64,000 nucleotides of DNA from an uncultured Bacteroidales bacterium (GTDB taxonomy: Bacteria; Bacteroidota; Bacteroidia; Bacteroidales; BM520), in NCBI GenBank assembly GCA_964594665.1, contig CAZQNY010000003.1, positions 3,225 through 67,224 on the forward strand, written 5' to 3'. Numbering within the stretch: the first letter of the stretch is position 1; each line of letters begins with the position of its first letter. Shown here piece after piece: positions 47,901 to 57,826 of the stretch. Below the pieces are notes generated by a model. That model searched no databases. It saw only the letters and a program-made list of their open reading frames with translations, and had not been told where the DNA came from. Position numbers and translations under genes: made by a program.

Positions 47901-49217
47901 TTAGTTTTTGTCGTTATTTTGAATTTCTCCTGTGGTTTGCAAATATTCGTAACATGTGGCAATGAGCTGAATACGATGAATGCGACGGTTAAGAACAGCC
48001 TGTTTTTCACGGTTCACCTCTGAGAGATAATCGGTAGAAGTAATCGTTCCTTCGGAGAGCTGTTTTTCAGCCGCTTTTTTTACTTTTTCCCGCAGGGCGA
48101 TGATCTGGTCGTCTTTTTCAATTAACATTTTCAGGTTGTTGATTTCGGCTGATTTCTGTTCCACTGCCTGCTGAATACCCTGGAGGAAAATAGCTCTGTC
48201 GGCCTCCAGCATCTGTTTACTCCTATCGATGATTTGCCTCTGTCGCTGGTTTTTCTTCCAGTCCCAGGGTTTCCATGCCACAGTAATGCCTGCCAATGCC
48301 CAGGGTTGAAAATCGGTGTTGAACATATTTAGCCCCGGCAAGCCATAGCCCACCTGGGCAAATCCTGCAATTACAGGATTCCGCGCGCGGGCGGTGAGTT
48401 GTTTGTTTTTATCCAGCACATTGATACTGGCATTAAATCGTCGTAACTCCGGTCGTATAATTGTGCTTTTAATACTTGGAATTGAGTACTCCGGGATTTT
48501 TACAGGTGTGTCTGTTGAGAAATTATTGCCGGTAAGGATATTAATCAATTTAATAATACTTTTTTTTGCAATGGTATTTGATGCGATATTCTGCTCCAGC
48601 GCAAGTAACTCAGCTTCAAAGGCATCAGCATTGAATGCCGGCAAGGTTCCGTTGTCAATGGCTGTCAGCAGTGCTTTTTGTTGTGAAATCAGTTCTTCAC
48701 GGGTAAGTAACAGCACCTGTTCTTTTTCTCGCAGCATAAGCAAACGAAAGAATAGTGTATTTGCTGTTTCTCCGATATGGTAAACATCGTTATCGAAAGT
48801 GGCTAACGCGGCCTCCAGAGATGCCTTTTTTAGGGCTTTGGCCTCTTTTGTAGCTCCACCATCCCAGATAACCTGGCTGATTTCTGCAGTAGCCCGGTAA
48901 TTGTCGTTTCGAAGCTCCGGGAGGATAAACAGGTCGTCGGTGGAAAAAGGAAGTGCGGACGCCCCGGGACCCGGCTCCAGAGCAATGGTTGTTACATCCG
49001 ATTGCCACGAGGCTCTTGCTCCCAGCGATAATTGCGGGTAGTAATTTGTTTGTAGATTCTCCAGCTCAAGGGAGGCCTGTGAATGATAGATCTCTCCTTT
49101 GCTGATGCCTGGATAATGCTCCCTGGCGGCTTTCCGCACCCCGGCAAGGGTGAGTGTGTCCTGCGCCTGTAACGAACCGGCAACCGCCAGTGCTATAAAT
49201 ATTAGTTTTGCCTTCAT
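47901..49217 (-). CDS. TolC-family outer-membrane efflux protein
   Basis: 438 aa. Signal peptide. Two-repeat coiled-coil/beta organisation. Confidence 0.85.
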   Translation of the reverse strand: MKAKLIFIALAVAGSLQAQDTLTLAGVRKAAREHYPGISKGEIYHSQASLELENLQTNYYPQLSLGARASWQSDVTTIALEPGPGASALPFSTDDLFILPELRNDNYRATAEISQVIWDGGATKEAKALKKASLEAALATFDNDVYHIGETANTLFFRLLMLREKEQVLLLTREELISQQKALLTAIDNGTLPAFNADAFEAELLALEQNIASNTIAKKSIIKLINILTGNNFSTDTPVKIPEYSIPSIKSTIIRPELRRFNASINVLDKNKQLTARARNPVIAGFAQVGYGLPGLNMFNTDFQPWALAGITVAWKPWDWKKNQRQRQIIDRSKQMLEADRAIFLQGIQQAVEQKSAEINNLKMLIEKDDQIIALREKVKKAAEKQLSEGTITSTDYLSEVNREKQAVLNRRIHRIQLIATCYEYLQTTGEIQNNDKN

Positions 49218-49822
49218 GATGCGTTATAATTTGGTATTGTAGCACGGTATACAAATGTTTTTATCTCTTCCAGCCGATTGGTGTAAAACTCCGAGGGATC
49301 CACTCCCTGTTTTTTTAATATTACTGTCTCCAGCAAGGGTTTTGCAAGAAAGGGAAAGACACATAATGAGACTACATTCACCATCATATGCGAAGGGTGC
49401 TGACGAATAAGATTGCCGGCATCCATCTCGTTGAGCAGCAGGTTTGTTATGGCAACGGGCTTTATTCCTCCCTTATCAAGAACTTCCATAAGAATCGCCG
49501 GATCTCGACGGGCTTCACTAAGTATAAACATCGGAAGATCCGGATACGGACTCAAAAGTTGGGTGTATGCCTCCACAAATAGCCCAAGCTTATCTTTTAT
49601 GGGTATCTCCTGAGAAAAAATCTCTTCCATATTTGGGATTATTTGCCGGAAAGAATCTGTAAATACAGCAAGAAACAGTTTGTCTTTACTACGGAAATAA
49701 TAGTGTAGCAACGCTTTGTTAATGCCTGCTTCATCGGCTATTTCCTGCATCCTGGCGCCATCCATTCCTTTTGCCCTGAACACTCTTTTTGCTGCTTCAA
49801 GTATTTGTTCTTCTGTAGTCAT
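49214..49822 (-). CDS. TetR/AcrR-family transcriptional regulator
   Basis: 202 aa. N-terminal HTH RMQEIADEAGINKALLHYYFRSKDKL. 4-nt overlap with the TolC gene. Confidence 0.9.
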   Translation of the reverse strand: MTTEEQILEAAKRVFRAKGMDGARMQEIADEAGINKALLHYYFRSKDKLFLAVFTDSFRQIIPNMEEIFSQEIPIKDKLGLFVEAYTQLLSPYPDLPMFILSEARRDPAILMEVLDKGGIKPVAITNLLLNEMDAGNLIRQHPSHMMVNVVSLCVFPFLAKPLLETVILKKQGVDPSEFYTNRLEEIKTFVYRATIPNYNAS

Positions 49823-49854
49823 TTTTTGTAGTTTGTTTTATTGTAACGACAAAG

Positions 49855-49896
49855 TTAACCATTTGTTTTAACTAAACGGTTAAATTGTATGGTTAA
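49855..49896. promoter_or_regulatory. Nested inverted repeats of TTAACC/GGTTAA, candidate TetR operator
   Basis: TTAACCAT (49855-49862) pairs with ATGGTTAA (49889-49896), with an inner TTAAC-N6-GTTAA. Located 33-74 nt upstream of the tetR start. Confidence 0.35.
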
Positions 49897-49959
49897 TTGT
49901 GTTTTTTTTAATAAAAGTTTATATGAGTAGAGGAAAATGTACAACTATCCCTAAAAAAA

Positions 49960-50138
49960 GGTTATCGGTTATCGGTTATCGGGTTGGCGATGACCTGACA
50001 GGTATCATTCTCCTGTCGGGTCTGGAAAGTGAATTGTTGTCGGTTATCAGTTATCGGGTTGGTGATGACCTGACAGGTATTTTTCTCCTGTCAGGTCTTG
50101 ATGCATAAAGGGTTATCAGTTATCGATTATCGGTTGTC
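49960..50138. repeat. Tandem repeat (about 2.5 units, period ~70-75 bp), each unit starting with GGTTATC-type heptads and containing an 11-bp-stem hairpin
   Basis: GGTTATC x3 at 49960-49980. Unit A runs 49966 to ~50026, with hairpin GACCTGACAGG/CCTGTCGGGTC. Unit B runs 50041 to ~50101, with the perfect hairpin GACCTGACAGG-N10-CCTGTCAGGTC. A partial third heptad block lies at 50110-50138. Confidence 0.85.
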
Positions 50139-50145
50139 TGTAATA

Positions 50146-52311
50146 TTAAGCGAGCATAAAGTCCATTTGTTTTTTCTGAAGGTCGATACGTTTAACAACG
50201 ATCCGAACGTTGTCACCGAGGCGATACATTTTGCCGTCATGGTGACCAATAACACAATAGTTCTCTTCATCGAGGTAATAGAAGTCATTAGGGATATCTT
50301 CCATTCGCACGAGGCCTTCGCATTTATTTCCTTCAATTTCTACAAAGAGGCCCCATTTTGATACTCCGCTGATAAGTCCCGGAAACTCCTGCCCCACTTT
50401 ATCGAGCATAAATTCCGCCTGTTTGTATTTCACACTGTCGCGTTCAGCTTCCACGGCCTTTTTTTCCTGTTCACTACAATGCTTGCACATCTCTTGATAC
50501 TCTTGCTGTGGCACTGATTGGCCTTTGTTAAGGTAATGTTCGAGCAGTCTGTGAACCATCAGGTCCGGGTATCGGCGTATGGGAGAGGTAAAATGGGTAT
50601 AATAGGTAAAAGCCAGTCCATAATGCCCGATATTTTCGGTGCTGTATACGGCTTTTGCCATTGTACGGATAGCAATGGTTTCAATCATGTTCTCTTCACC
50701 TTTACCGGCGACATTCCGGAAGAGTTCATTCATTGATTTTGCGATGTTTTTTCTGTTTCCGATATTAAGTTTATAACCAAATTTCCCTACAAACTCAGCA
50801 AAGTCGGCCAGTTTATCCGGGTTTGGCGTGTCATGGATACGGTATACAAATGTATCGGGTTCCTGATCGCGGCGCTTTTTCCCGATACGCTCGGCTACTT
50901 TCCGGTTTGCCAGCAGCATAAAATCTTCTACCAGTTGGTTGGAGTCTTTTTGTTCTTTGATAAATGCTTCCAAAGGTTTACCGTTATCATCGAGTTTAAA
51001 TTTCACCTCCTGCGACTTAAAGTTAATGGATCCGGCCTTGAATCGTTTGTTTCTGAGTTTTTTTGCCAGCATATCAAGGGTCATAAGCTCTTCCTTTAGG
51101 TCACCGCTGGCTCCTTCAATCATAGCCTGCACTTCTTCATAGTTAAATCGTCTGTTGGAATTGATAACAGTTTTTCCAAACCAGTCTTTAATCACTTTCG
51201 CTTCGCTGTCGAGTTCAAATATTGCCGAAAAGCAGAGTTTATCTTCGTTGGGGCGCAGCGAGCAGAGGCCATTGGATAGTTTTTCCGGAAGCATTGGGAT
51301 TGTACGGTCCACGAGGTATACAGAGGTAGCTCTTTCAAAGGCTTCTTTATCAATTTTCGACCCGGGTTTTACATAGTAAGAGACATCGGCGATATGAATA
51401 CCAACCTCATAGTTTCCGTTTTGTAGTTGTTTCAGCGAGAGAGCATCGTCAAAGTCTTTTGCATCGTCGGGGTCGATGGTCAGGGTGGTAACACTTCTCA
51501 TATCCCTGCGTTTTTTTATTTCTTCAGAGGGGATTTCGGCAGGTATTTTTTCAGCTTCTTTTTCGGCTGCTAAGGGAAAATGCAGGGGAAAATCGTTATT
51601 GGCAAGAATGGAGAGCATTTCAACCTCGTTATCGCCGGGTTTTCCGAGTATTTCAACAATTTCGCCAAAAGGATTTTTACTGCGTGCCGGCCAGTCGGTA
51701 ATTTTCACCAACACTTTTTCTCCGTCTTTTGCGCCGCGCAGCTGTTCTTTAGTGATATAAATATCAATGGGTACATTGTTTTGGTCGGGGAGCACAAAAG
51801 CGTATTTTTCACTTGCCTGCAGTGTACCCACAAACTGCATTTTTGCTCTTTTGACAACCTTTTTAATTCTTCCTTCGGGTTTTCGTCCCTGGCGTCGGGG
51901 AAACAGTTGTACCTGAACTGTATCGCCATGAAGCGCATGCCCTGTATTACCTGCATTTATAAAAATGTCCTCGTCACATTTTTCTGTAATAACATAGGCT
52001 TTTCCGGTCTGTTTCATATCCACAGTACCTTCGATAAGCGTTTCCGATCGCATGGTTTCAGCAATCTCGGGGTTAAGTTTATATTTCCCCCTTTTAAGTT
52101 CAATAATGGCTCCTGAGGCTCTCAATTCCCGGATCATAGAGTGTACTAATTCTCTGGATTGTGGGTCGTTGACACCCAGTTTTCCGCTTATCTGGCGGAA
52201 GTTAAAACCCTGGGCAGGGTTGCCTGTAAAAACCTCCAGCACTTTACTCATAAAAGTGTTGCGGGCCAGTTTATTAATTTTATTTTTTGTGAATTTTTTC
52301 TTTCTGGGCAT
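50146..52311 (-). CDS. rnr: Ribonuclease R
   Basis: 721 aa. Cold-shock/OB N-terminus. RNB domain (TIDPDDAKDFDDALS). C-terminal S1 domain (GLISGVSKWGLFVEI). Confidence 0.93.
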   Translation of the reverse strand: MPRKKKFTKNKINKLARNTFMSKVLEVFTGNPAQGFNFRQISGKLGVNDPQSRELVHSMIRELRASGAIIELKRGKYKLNPEIAETMRSETLIEGTVDMKQTGKAYVITEKCDEDIFINAGNTGHALHGDTVQVQLFPRRQGRKPEGRIKKVVKRAKMQFVGTLQASEKYAFVLPDQNNVPIDIYITKEQLRGAKDGEKVLVKITDWPARSKNPFGEIVEILGKPGDNEVEMLSILANNDFPLHFPLAAEKEAEKIPAEIPSEEIKKRRDMRSVTTLTIDPDDAKDFDDALSLKQLQNGNYEVGIHIADVSYYVKPGSKIDKEAFERATSVYLVDRTIPMLPEKLSNGLCSLRPNEDKLCFSAIFELDSEAKVIKDWFGKTVINSNRRFNYEEVQAMIEGASGDLKEELMTLDMLAKKLRNKRFKAGSINFKSQEVKFKLDDNGKPLEAFIKEQKDSNQLVEDFMLLANRKVAERIGKKRRDQEPDTFVYRIHDTPNPDKLADFAEFVGKFGYKLNIGNRKNIAKSMNELFRNVAGKGEENMIETIAIRTMAKAVYSTENIGHYGLAFTYYTHFTSPIRRYPDLMVHRLLEHYLNKGQSVPQQEYQEMCKHCSEQEKKAVEAERDSVKYKQAEFMLDKVGQEFPGLISGVSKWGLFVEIEGNKCEGLVRMEDIPNDFYYLDEENYCVIGHHDGKMYRLGDNVRIVVKRIDLQKKQMDFMLA

Positions 52312-52356
52312 GATTTATAATTTTTAATAAAGATAAGGGAATAAAGCTCAGCATGA

Positions 52357-53460
52357 TCACTGAGTAAGAAAATAAATATTTCCATCGGCGGCGCTGATTA
52401 CAAGGGCGTTGTTAACCACTGCGGGGCTGCTGAAAACCGGTACACCAAGGTCGTATTGCATCATTACTGCGCCATTATTTTCATTTAGAAGATAAAGCTC
52501 TCCGCGCGTATTGATAAATACCACACCGTTATTTGCTATTACCGGGGAAGCATCGATTTTCATTCCTGTATTTACTTTCCAAATAACCTCACCGGATTTG
52601 CAATCAAAGCAATACGCATGTTTATCGCGTGAGCCATTGAATATAAGAGCACCATTAGTGGCAGGGCTGGCCACGAAAGCCTGCGTGTTTTTGTCATCAC
52701 GATAGGTCCAGCTGATGATATTTTTGTTGAGGTCTGCACATGTCATCCCTCCATCGTAATCGCCGGTACAGGCAAAATGGTCGAAGATAACCGGTGATCC
52801 GGCGATATAGGTGGCAACATCGAAGCGTTGCAGAGCCTTTCCTGTTATCAGATCAACAACATGCATAAATCCGTCACAGCCACCAAAAACAGCACGCTGT
52901 CCGGAAACCGCCACTGTCCCGTTGAGGTAGTTGTCAAGTTCGTATTTCCATATACTGCTACCAGTGGCTGCATCCACGCAGTGAAGGTAGTAGTCGTAAC
53001 TTCCGGCCAGCAGGCAGGTCTGCCCTTCTGCGCGATACCAGTTGGGTGCACCCATAATCTGGTTGTCGGCCTGATACACCCATTTTCTTTTGCCGGTAAA
53101 CAGATCCAGGGCATAAAGATTTCCTGACAGATTTCCCACATAAACGGTATTGTCCAATATTAACACGGGGGCCTCAATGCTGTTGTCTGTAGAGTCTTTC
53201 CATAACAGTTTGCCGTACATATCCAGGCAAAAAACGGTTCCTGCAGTATTTCCGGCAACAATGTATTCACCGGCAACAACAGGCGCTGCCTTAAACTGAT
53301 CCCCTGACTCGAAGATCCATGCTATTTCCGGCGACAGAAGACAGTCAACTCCTGACTGCCCGCGAAGCGACGGATCATAACGATGCATTCCTGTATTTGT
53401 TTGTTGTGAAAAAGTTGATATACAGCAGACCGTAAAAAGCAGGAAGAGGGAATACTTCAT
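52357..53460 (-). CDS. PQQ-like (BamB-like) beta-propeller repeat protein, secreted
   Basis: 367 aa. Signal peptide. Repeated blade pattern (G.L.A.D...G...W). Confidence 0.8.
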   Translation of the reverse strand: MKYSLFLLFTVCCISTFSQQTNTGMHRYDPSLRGQSGVDCLLSPEIAWIFESGDQFKAAPVVAGEYIVAGNTAGTVFCLDMYGKLLWKDSTDNSIEAPVLILDNTVYVGNLSGNLYALDLFTGKRKWVYQADNQIMGAPNWYRAEGQTCLLAGSYDYYLHCVDAATGSSIWKYELDNYLNGTVAVSGQRAVFGGCDGFMHVVDLITGKALQRFDVATYIAGSPVIFDHFACTGDYDGGMTCADLNKNIISWTYRDDKNTQAFVASPATNGALIFNGSRDKHAYCFDCKSGEVIWKVNTGMKIDASPVIANNGVVFINTRGELYLLNENNGAVMMQYDLGVPVFSSPAVVNNALVISAADGNIYFLTQ

Positions 53461-53714
53461 GATGATATAACGATTAAAAATTCAAAATGATATTCAACAA
53501 CTCAAAATTACAATAAAAATGTGTGGATTGCTTTTTTGCGTACCATATACCAATGGAGTATAAAAATTTCTGAATAATAAAGTAAACAAATTGATGGGTG
53601 ATACAAGTTAATAAACCTGCATGGGTTCGATGCAATTTATCAATAAACAGACTGCCTGGATTTATGAAAAGCGGACTATTGTATACTGCGCACTTTATCA
53701 GATTTGTAGAGTGC

Positions 53715-54416
53715 TTATTTTTTTACATAAAACCTGCCTGCCTGAAGATATTCGTTGGATGTTTCTGCAACCCAGTAATAGATGCCGTTATCTTCAGGGA
53801 CATTAATTTCCAGTCTGTTCATCATGGTATGGATTTCCATTAGCTGGCTGTCGTTAGCGTCAAAAAGACGTATTGTCAGGATTAATGGAGCATTTGTATG
53901 CCATGAGAACAGCAGTTTATCGTTTTTTTTGACCTCCATATTTGGGTTTGGTAGTACCGAAAATGTGATCTCATTGCGAAAAGTACTCTCTATCATCGAT
54001 TCCATGCGATGGTTCAGCGTGGTGTTATCAAAAGGATTGCTTTTATAAGTGTTGTTGCTTGCCAGCTCAGTAATTGCGTTCCTGTCAGCATGAAAATTAT
54101 TATAAATCAGCATGGAAGAAATAATTACAGCGGCAGTTATTACGGCTGCTGCGCCAATACGAAAGGCGTTGGAGTGCCAAAGCGATTGCATTCTTAATCG
54201 TCGCGATGCTTCTTTTGCATAAATGTTCTCCAATGCAGCACGAACCTTTAACGATTCCTTACTTCCCATGCGAGTTACCAATAACCGGGTTTTTTCAAAT
54301 TCCTGATACAAATCCTCATCCCATGACAAGCGTTCGAAAAATTCTTGTTCCTCTTCATGTGAAAACTCACCGGAGAAAAATCTGTCGACCAATTGAATTT
54401 GTTCTTTATTAACCAT
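53715..54416 (-). CDS. Anti-sigma-factor-like single-pass membrane protein
   Basis: 233 aa. The N-terminal helical segment LVDRFFSGEFSHEEEQEFFERLSWDEDLYQEFE is typical of Bacteroidota anti-sigma N-termini. One TM (FRIGAAAVITAAVIISSMLIY). No adjacent sigma factor gene. Confidence 0.55.
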   Translation of the reverse strand: MVNKEQIQLVDRFFSGEFSHEEEQEFFERLSWDEDLYQEFEKTRLLVTRMGSKESLKVRAALENIYAKEASRRLRMQSLWHSNAFRIGAAAVITAAVIISSMLIYNNFHADRNAITELASNNTYKSNPFDNTTLNHRMESMIESTFRNEITFSVLPNPNMEVKKNDKLLFSWHTNAPLILTIRLFDANDSQLMEIHTMMNRLEINVPEDNGIYYWVAETSNEYLQAGRFYVKK

Positions 54417-54523
54417 GTCTTCTGTTGCTTGATTTTATTGCTGCCATTATTTGCATTCCTGATGATCCTTCTGCACTGCTTCCTGCTTTTTAGGCTACAA
54501 CCAAAATGTTTATTTTTGTTTCC

Positions 54524-54569
54524 TGGTGTTTAATACCAAAAAGGGCAAAACGTTACCCTCCAAAAATGG
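54524..54569 (-). promoter_or_regulatory. Conserved two-hairpin motif, copy 2 (minus strand: CATTTTTGGAGGGTAACGTTTTGCCCTTTTTGGTATTAAACACCA)
   Basis: Near-identical to 24651-24695. The A-to-G change in hairpin 1 keeps pairing as G.U. The hairpin 2 stem TGGT/ACCA is kept while the loop differs. About 110 nt upstream of the ATG at 54416. Confidence 0.6.
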
Positions 54570-54710
54570 TTTTTTTTTCATTTATGCTGAATTTTTATCG
54601 CCATGAAGATAATATAAATTCCGGAAAGCCTTATATATGAATGTTTCACAGGGATTTTTTATTAGAAATATTTTTTTAAAAAAATGTAATTTTAACCCAA
54701 ATTAAAGTGT

Positions 54711-55934
54711 ATGGATACTGTTTTAATCATTGGGCTGGTATTATTAAGTGGATTTATATTTGGTGAGCTGGCAGTAAAATTGCATCTCCCCAAGGTTACA
54801 GGTTACCTTGTAGGTGGATTAATCTTAAACCCACAGGTTAGTGGAATCATTCCTGAGGGATTCACAGAAGGCACCACATTTATTATCGACTTATCCCTGG
54901 CGGTAATCACTTTTGCCATTGGCGGGCATCTGACCTTTAAGGAGTTCAGGACGCTGGGCAAGAGCATTTTTACCATGGCCATATTACAGGCTGAATTAAC
55001 ACTCATTGCTGTTGCGGCTGCGTTTTATGGGCTGTTTGTTGCTTTTCCGGGACTTGTGCCTTTTGATGCAATATATGTAGTTCCGTTTGTGCTTATTATG
55101 GGTGCACTTGCTCTGCCTACCGACCCTGCAGTGCTGTTGGCAATAAAAAACGAATACCACGCCCGTGGGCCGGTGACAAGCACGGTGTTTGGTATTGCTG
55201 CCATCGATGACGTACTTACTTTTGCTAATTGGGCAGTTATTATTGCTATCGTTAAAACATTACTTGAAGCCACGGCCCCCGGAGCTGGGTATGCTATACT
55301 TCATGTTGTTGTATCATTATCACTGACAGTGGTTATTGGTGTTGTCAGCGGGATGATTTTTAATTTTATCACCCGATTGCTGCCTCGTCAGGATAAGAGT
55401 TTTTTGGTAATAAGCTTGTTTGGTATGATGTTGTCCTGTTTTGGACTTTCAAAAATGGTTGGCGCTGATGAAATGCTTTCCACAATGGTAATGGGTTTTG
55501 TTGTTGTTAACTATAATTTATACAGGAACCATGTTTTTCAGCTGTTGGAACGGTATACCGAAGAGTTGATATTTGTTTTGTTCTTCACCCTTAGTAGTAT
55601 GCAAATCAATTTATTATCTCTTGATAAAGCTGCCATGTTTATTGGTTTTTTTATTGTTATGCGTTTTGTGGGTAAATGGAGTGGCTCCACAGCAGGGGCT
55701 CTGATTTCAGGGGCTTCCACGAAAGTTCGTAAGAATACGGTATGGGGACTAATACCACAGGGTGGGATAATTATTGGCCTTGCTTTGTCGTTATCGGAGA
55801 TTCCGTCGCTTCACACTCTCACAGAGCTTATCATAAGTATTGTAATAGGAGCGGTAATCATTCAGGAAATCATTTCTCCTTTAATTATCAAACGGTCACT
55901 GACGAAAGCAGGGGAGATAAAAAAAACGAAGTAA
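54711..55934 (+). CDS. Cation:proton antiporter (CPA-family Na+/H+ or K+/H+ exchanger)
   Basis: 407 aa with about 11-12 TM helices. Typical N-terminus LLSGFIFGELAVKLHLPKVTGYLVGGLIL. Confidence 0.85.
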   Translation: MDTVLIIGLVLLSGFIFGELAVKLHLPKVTGYLVGGLILNPQVSGIIPEGFTEGTTFIIDLSLAVITFAIGGHLTFKEFRTLGKSIFTMAILQAELTLIAVAAAFYGLFVAFPGLVPFDAIYVVPFVLIMGALALPTDPAVLLAIKNEYHARGPVTSTVFGIAAIDDVLTFANWAVIIAIVKTLLEATAPGAGYAILHVVVSLSLTVVIGVVSGMIFNFITRLLPRQDKSFLVISLFGMMLSCFGLSKMVGADEMLSTMVMGFVVVNYNLYRNHVFQLLERYTEELIFVLFFTLSSMQINLLSLDKAAMFIGFFIVMRFVGKWSGSTAGALISGASTKVRKNTVWGLIPQGGIIIGLALSLSEIPSLHTLTELIISIVIGAVIIQEIISPLIIKRSLTKAGEIKKTK

Positions 55935-55958
55935 ATCCATGAAAAAGCGGATTTACTT
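55929..55958. terminator. Hairpin between convergent CPA and aspS genes (AAGTAAATCC-N10-GGATTTACTT)
   Basis: 10-bp stem overlapping the CPA stop codon. Only a short TT follows on the plus strand. Confidence 0.45.
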
Positions 55959-56016
55959 CGGATAACTGCAGTAATAGTTCGCTATTACTGTGGTATATAT
56001 TGTTTCCCGGAATAGA

Positions 56017-57774
56017 CTATTTTTTATCAGGTTTTGTGATTTGGAGGAAGAGTTCTTCGAGCTGAGCATCTGCAATTCCTGCAGGGCTGTCGATCATTAC
56101 ATCGCGGCCTGCATTATTTTTTGGGAATGCAATGAAGTCACGGATAGAATCCTGACCACCAAAGAGAGCACACCAGCGGTCGAAACCAAATGCCACACCA
56201 CCATGAGGAGGAGCGCCATATTCAAAGGCGTTAAGCAGGAATCCAAACTGAGACTGTGCTTCTTCGTCGGTAAATCCGAGAGCTTTGAACATACGTTTTT
56301 GCAGTTCTTTATTGTGGATACGTATAGAGCCTCCGCCAATTTCCACACCATTAATAACCATATCGTAAGCATTGGCACGCACTTTTCCGGGATCTGAATC
56401 CAGGAGAGCTTCGTCTTCCGGTTTTGGAGAGGTAAAGGGATGGTGCATGGCGTGATACCGTTGTCCTTCTTCATCCCATTCCAGAAGAGGGAAGTCCACG
56501 ACCCACAGAGGTGCAAATTTCTCCGGGTCCCGGAGTTCCAGGAGCGAGCCCATTTCCAGGCGTAATTCACAAAGGGCCTTACGCGTTTGGTCGGTATCAC
56601 CGGCAAGGATAAGGATCAGGTCACCGGGTTTTGCTTCCATGCGTTCAGCCCAGGCATGCAGGTCTTCCTGACTGTAGAATTTATCAACGGACGATTTGAA
56701 GGTCCCATCGTCGTTACATTTCACATACACAAGTCCCTTAGCTCCGATTTGAGGTTTTTTAACGAAGTCGGTAAGTTTGTCCAGTTGTTTACGGGTATAT
56801 GCTGCGCATCCGGGAGCATTGATACCTACAACCAGCTCAGCATTATCAAACACCACAAATCCTTTATTCTGTGTGAGGTCGTTTAATTCTGTGAAAGGCA
56901 TTCCAAAACGCAGGTCGGGTTTATCGGAGCCATAATATTTCATGGCATCGGAATAAGGCATACGTTGAAAATCGCCAACCTCAACACCCTTGACAACTCT
57001 GAAAAGATGTTTTGCCAGACCCTCGAAGGTTTGCAGTACATCTTCCTGTTCCACAAACGACATTTCACAGTCAATTTGAGTGAATTCCGGCTGGCGGTCA
57101 GCGCGAAGGTCTTCATCGCGGAAGCATTTTACAATCTGGAAATAGCGGTCGTATCCGGCAACCATCAGAAGTTGCTTAAAGGTTTGTGGAGACTGTGGGA
57201 GGGCATAGAACTGATTGGGGCTCATGCGTGAAGGGACAACAAAATCGCGGGCTCCTTCAGGAGTACTTTTGATAAGCACAGGAGTTTCGATTTCCATAAA
57301 ACCCTGGTCGTTCATGTATTTCCGTGTTTCGATGCTCATGGTGTGCCTTAGCGCAAGATTGTTTCTGTTTACCTCACGACGAAGGTCAAGATAACGGTAC
57401 TTCATACGGATTTCCTCACCGCCATCAGTTTCATTTTCAATGGTAAAGGGAGGTAGTTTTGAAGTATTCAGTACAGTGAAATCTTCTACCAGAATTTCTA
57501 TTTCACCTGTGGGGATGTTTTTATTCTTGTTACTGCGCTCTGCCACCACACCTTTCACCTGAATAACATATTCACGGCCCAGTGAGCGGGCTTTTTGACA
57601 CAGGTGTGCATTGGTTTCCATATTAAAAACCAGCTGTGTAATGCCATAACGGTCGCGCAGGTCAATAAAGGTCATTCCACCAAGGTCGCGGGATTTTCTT
57701 ACCCATCCCGAAAGGGTAACAGTGTTGTTGATGTGCTCAAGACGGAGTTCTCCGCAGGTATGTGTACGTAACAT
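56017..57774 (-). CDS. aspS: Aspartate--tRNA ligase
   Basis: 585 aa. OB N-domain. Class II motif 2 [18 protein letters not shown]. Motif 3 region GGVAFGFDR. Confidence 0.97.
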   Translation of the reverse strand: MLRTHTCGELRLEHINNTVTLSGWVRKSRDLGGMTFIDLRDRYGITQLVFNMETNAHLCQKARSLGREYVIQVKGVVAERSNKNKNIPTGEIEILVEDFTVLNTSKLPPFTIENETDGGEEIRMKYRYLDLRREVNRNNLALRHTMSIETRKYMNDQGFMEIETPVLIKSTPEGARDFVVPSRMSPNQFYALPQSPQTFKQLLMVAGYDRYFQIVKCFRDEDLRADRQPEFTQIDCEMSFVEQEDVLQTFEGLAKHLFRVVKGVEVGDFQRMPYSDAMKYYGSDKPDLRFGMPFTELNDLTQNKGFVVFDNAELVVGINAPGCAAYTRKQLDKLTDFVKKPQIGAKGLVYVKCNDDGTFKSSVDKFYSQEDLHAWAERMEAKPGDLILILAGDTDQTRKALCELRLEMGSLLELRDPEKFAPLWVVDFPLLEWDEEGQRYHAMHHPFTSPKPEDEALLDSDPGKVRANAYDMVINGVEIGGGSIRIHNKELQKRMFKALGFTDEEAQSQFGFLLNAFEYGAPPHGGVAFGFDRWCALFGGQDSIRDFIAFPKNNAGRDVMIDSPAGIADAQLEELFLQITKPDKK

Positions 57775-57826
57775 ATTATTCAGCTTTTATTTACAGTCTG
57801 CGAAGGTAAAAAAAAGCCGTTAAAGT

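Noticed and set aside
49899-50108. 69-aa ORF with an internally repeated peptide (SVIGYRVGDDLTGI.LLSGL, twice)
   Set aside because: The peptide repeat is simply the translation of the tandem DNA repeat and hairpin element. There is no start context, and the ORF lies in a regulatory/terminator intergenic region.
49960-50138. CRISPR-like array
   Set aside because: There are only about 2.5 units. The sequence between the hairpins is itself repeated rather than being unique spacers. No cas genes are present.
55990-56606. 135-aa (+) and 169-aa (-, out-of-frame) ORFs overlapping aspS
   Set aside because: Both overlap the confident aspS frame and have no independent signals.
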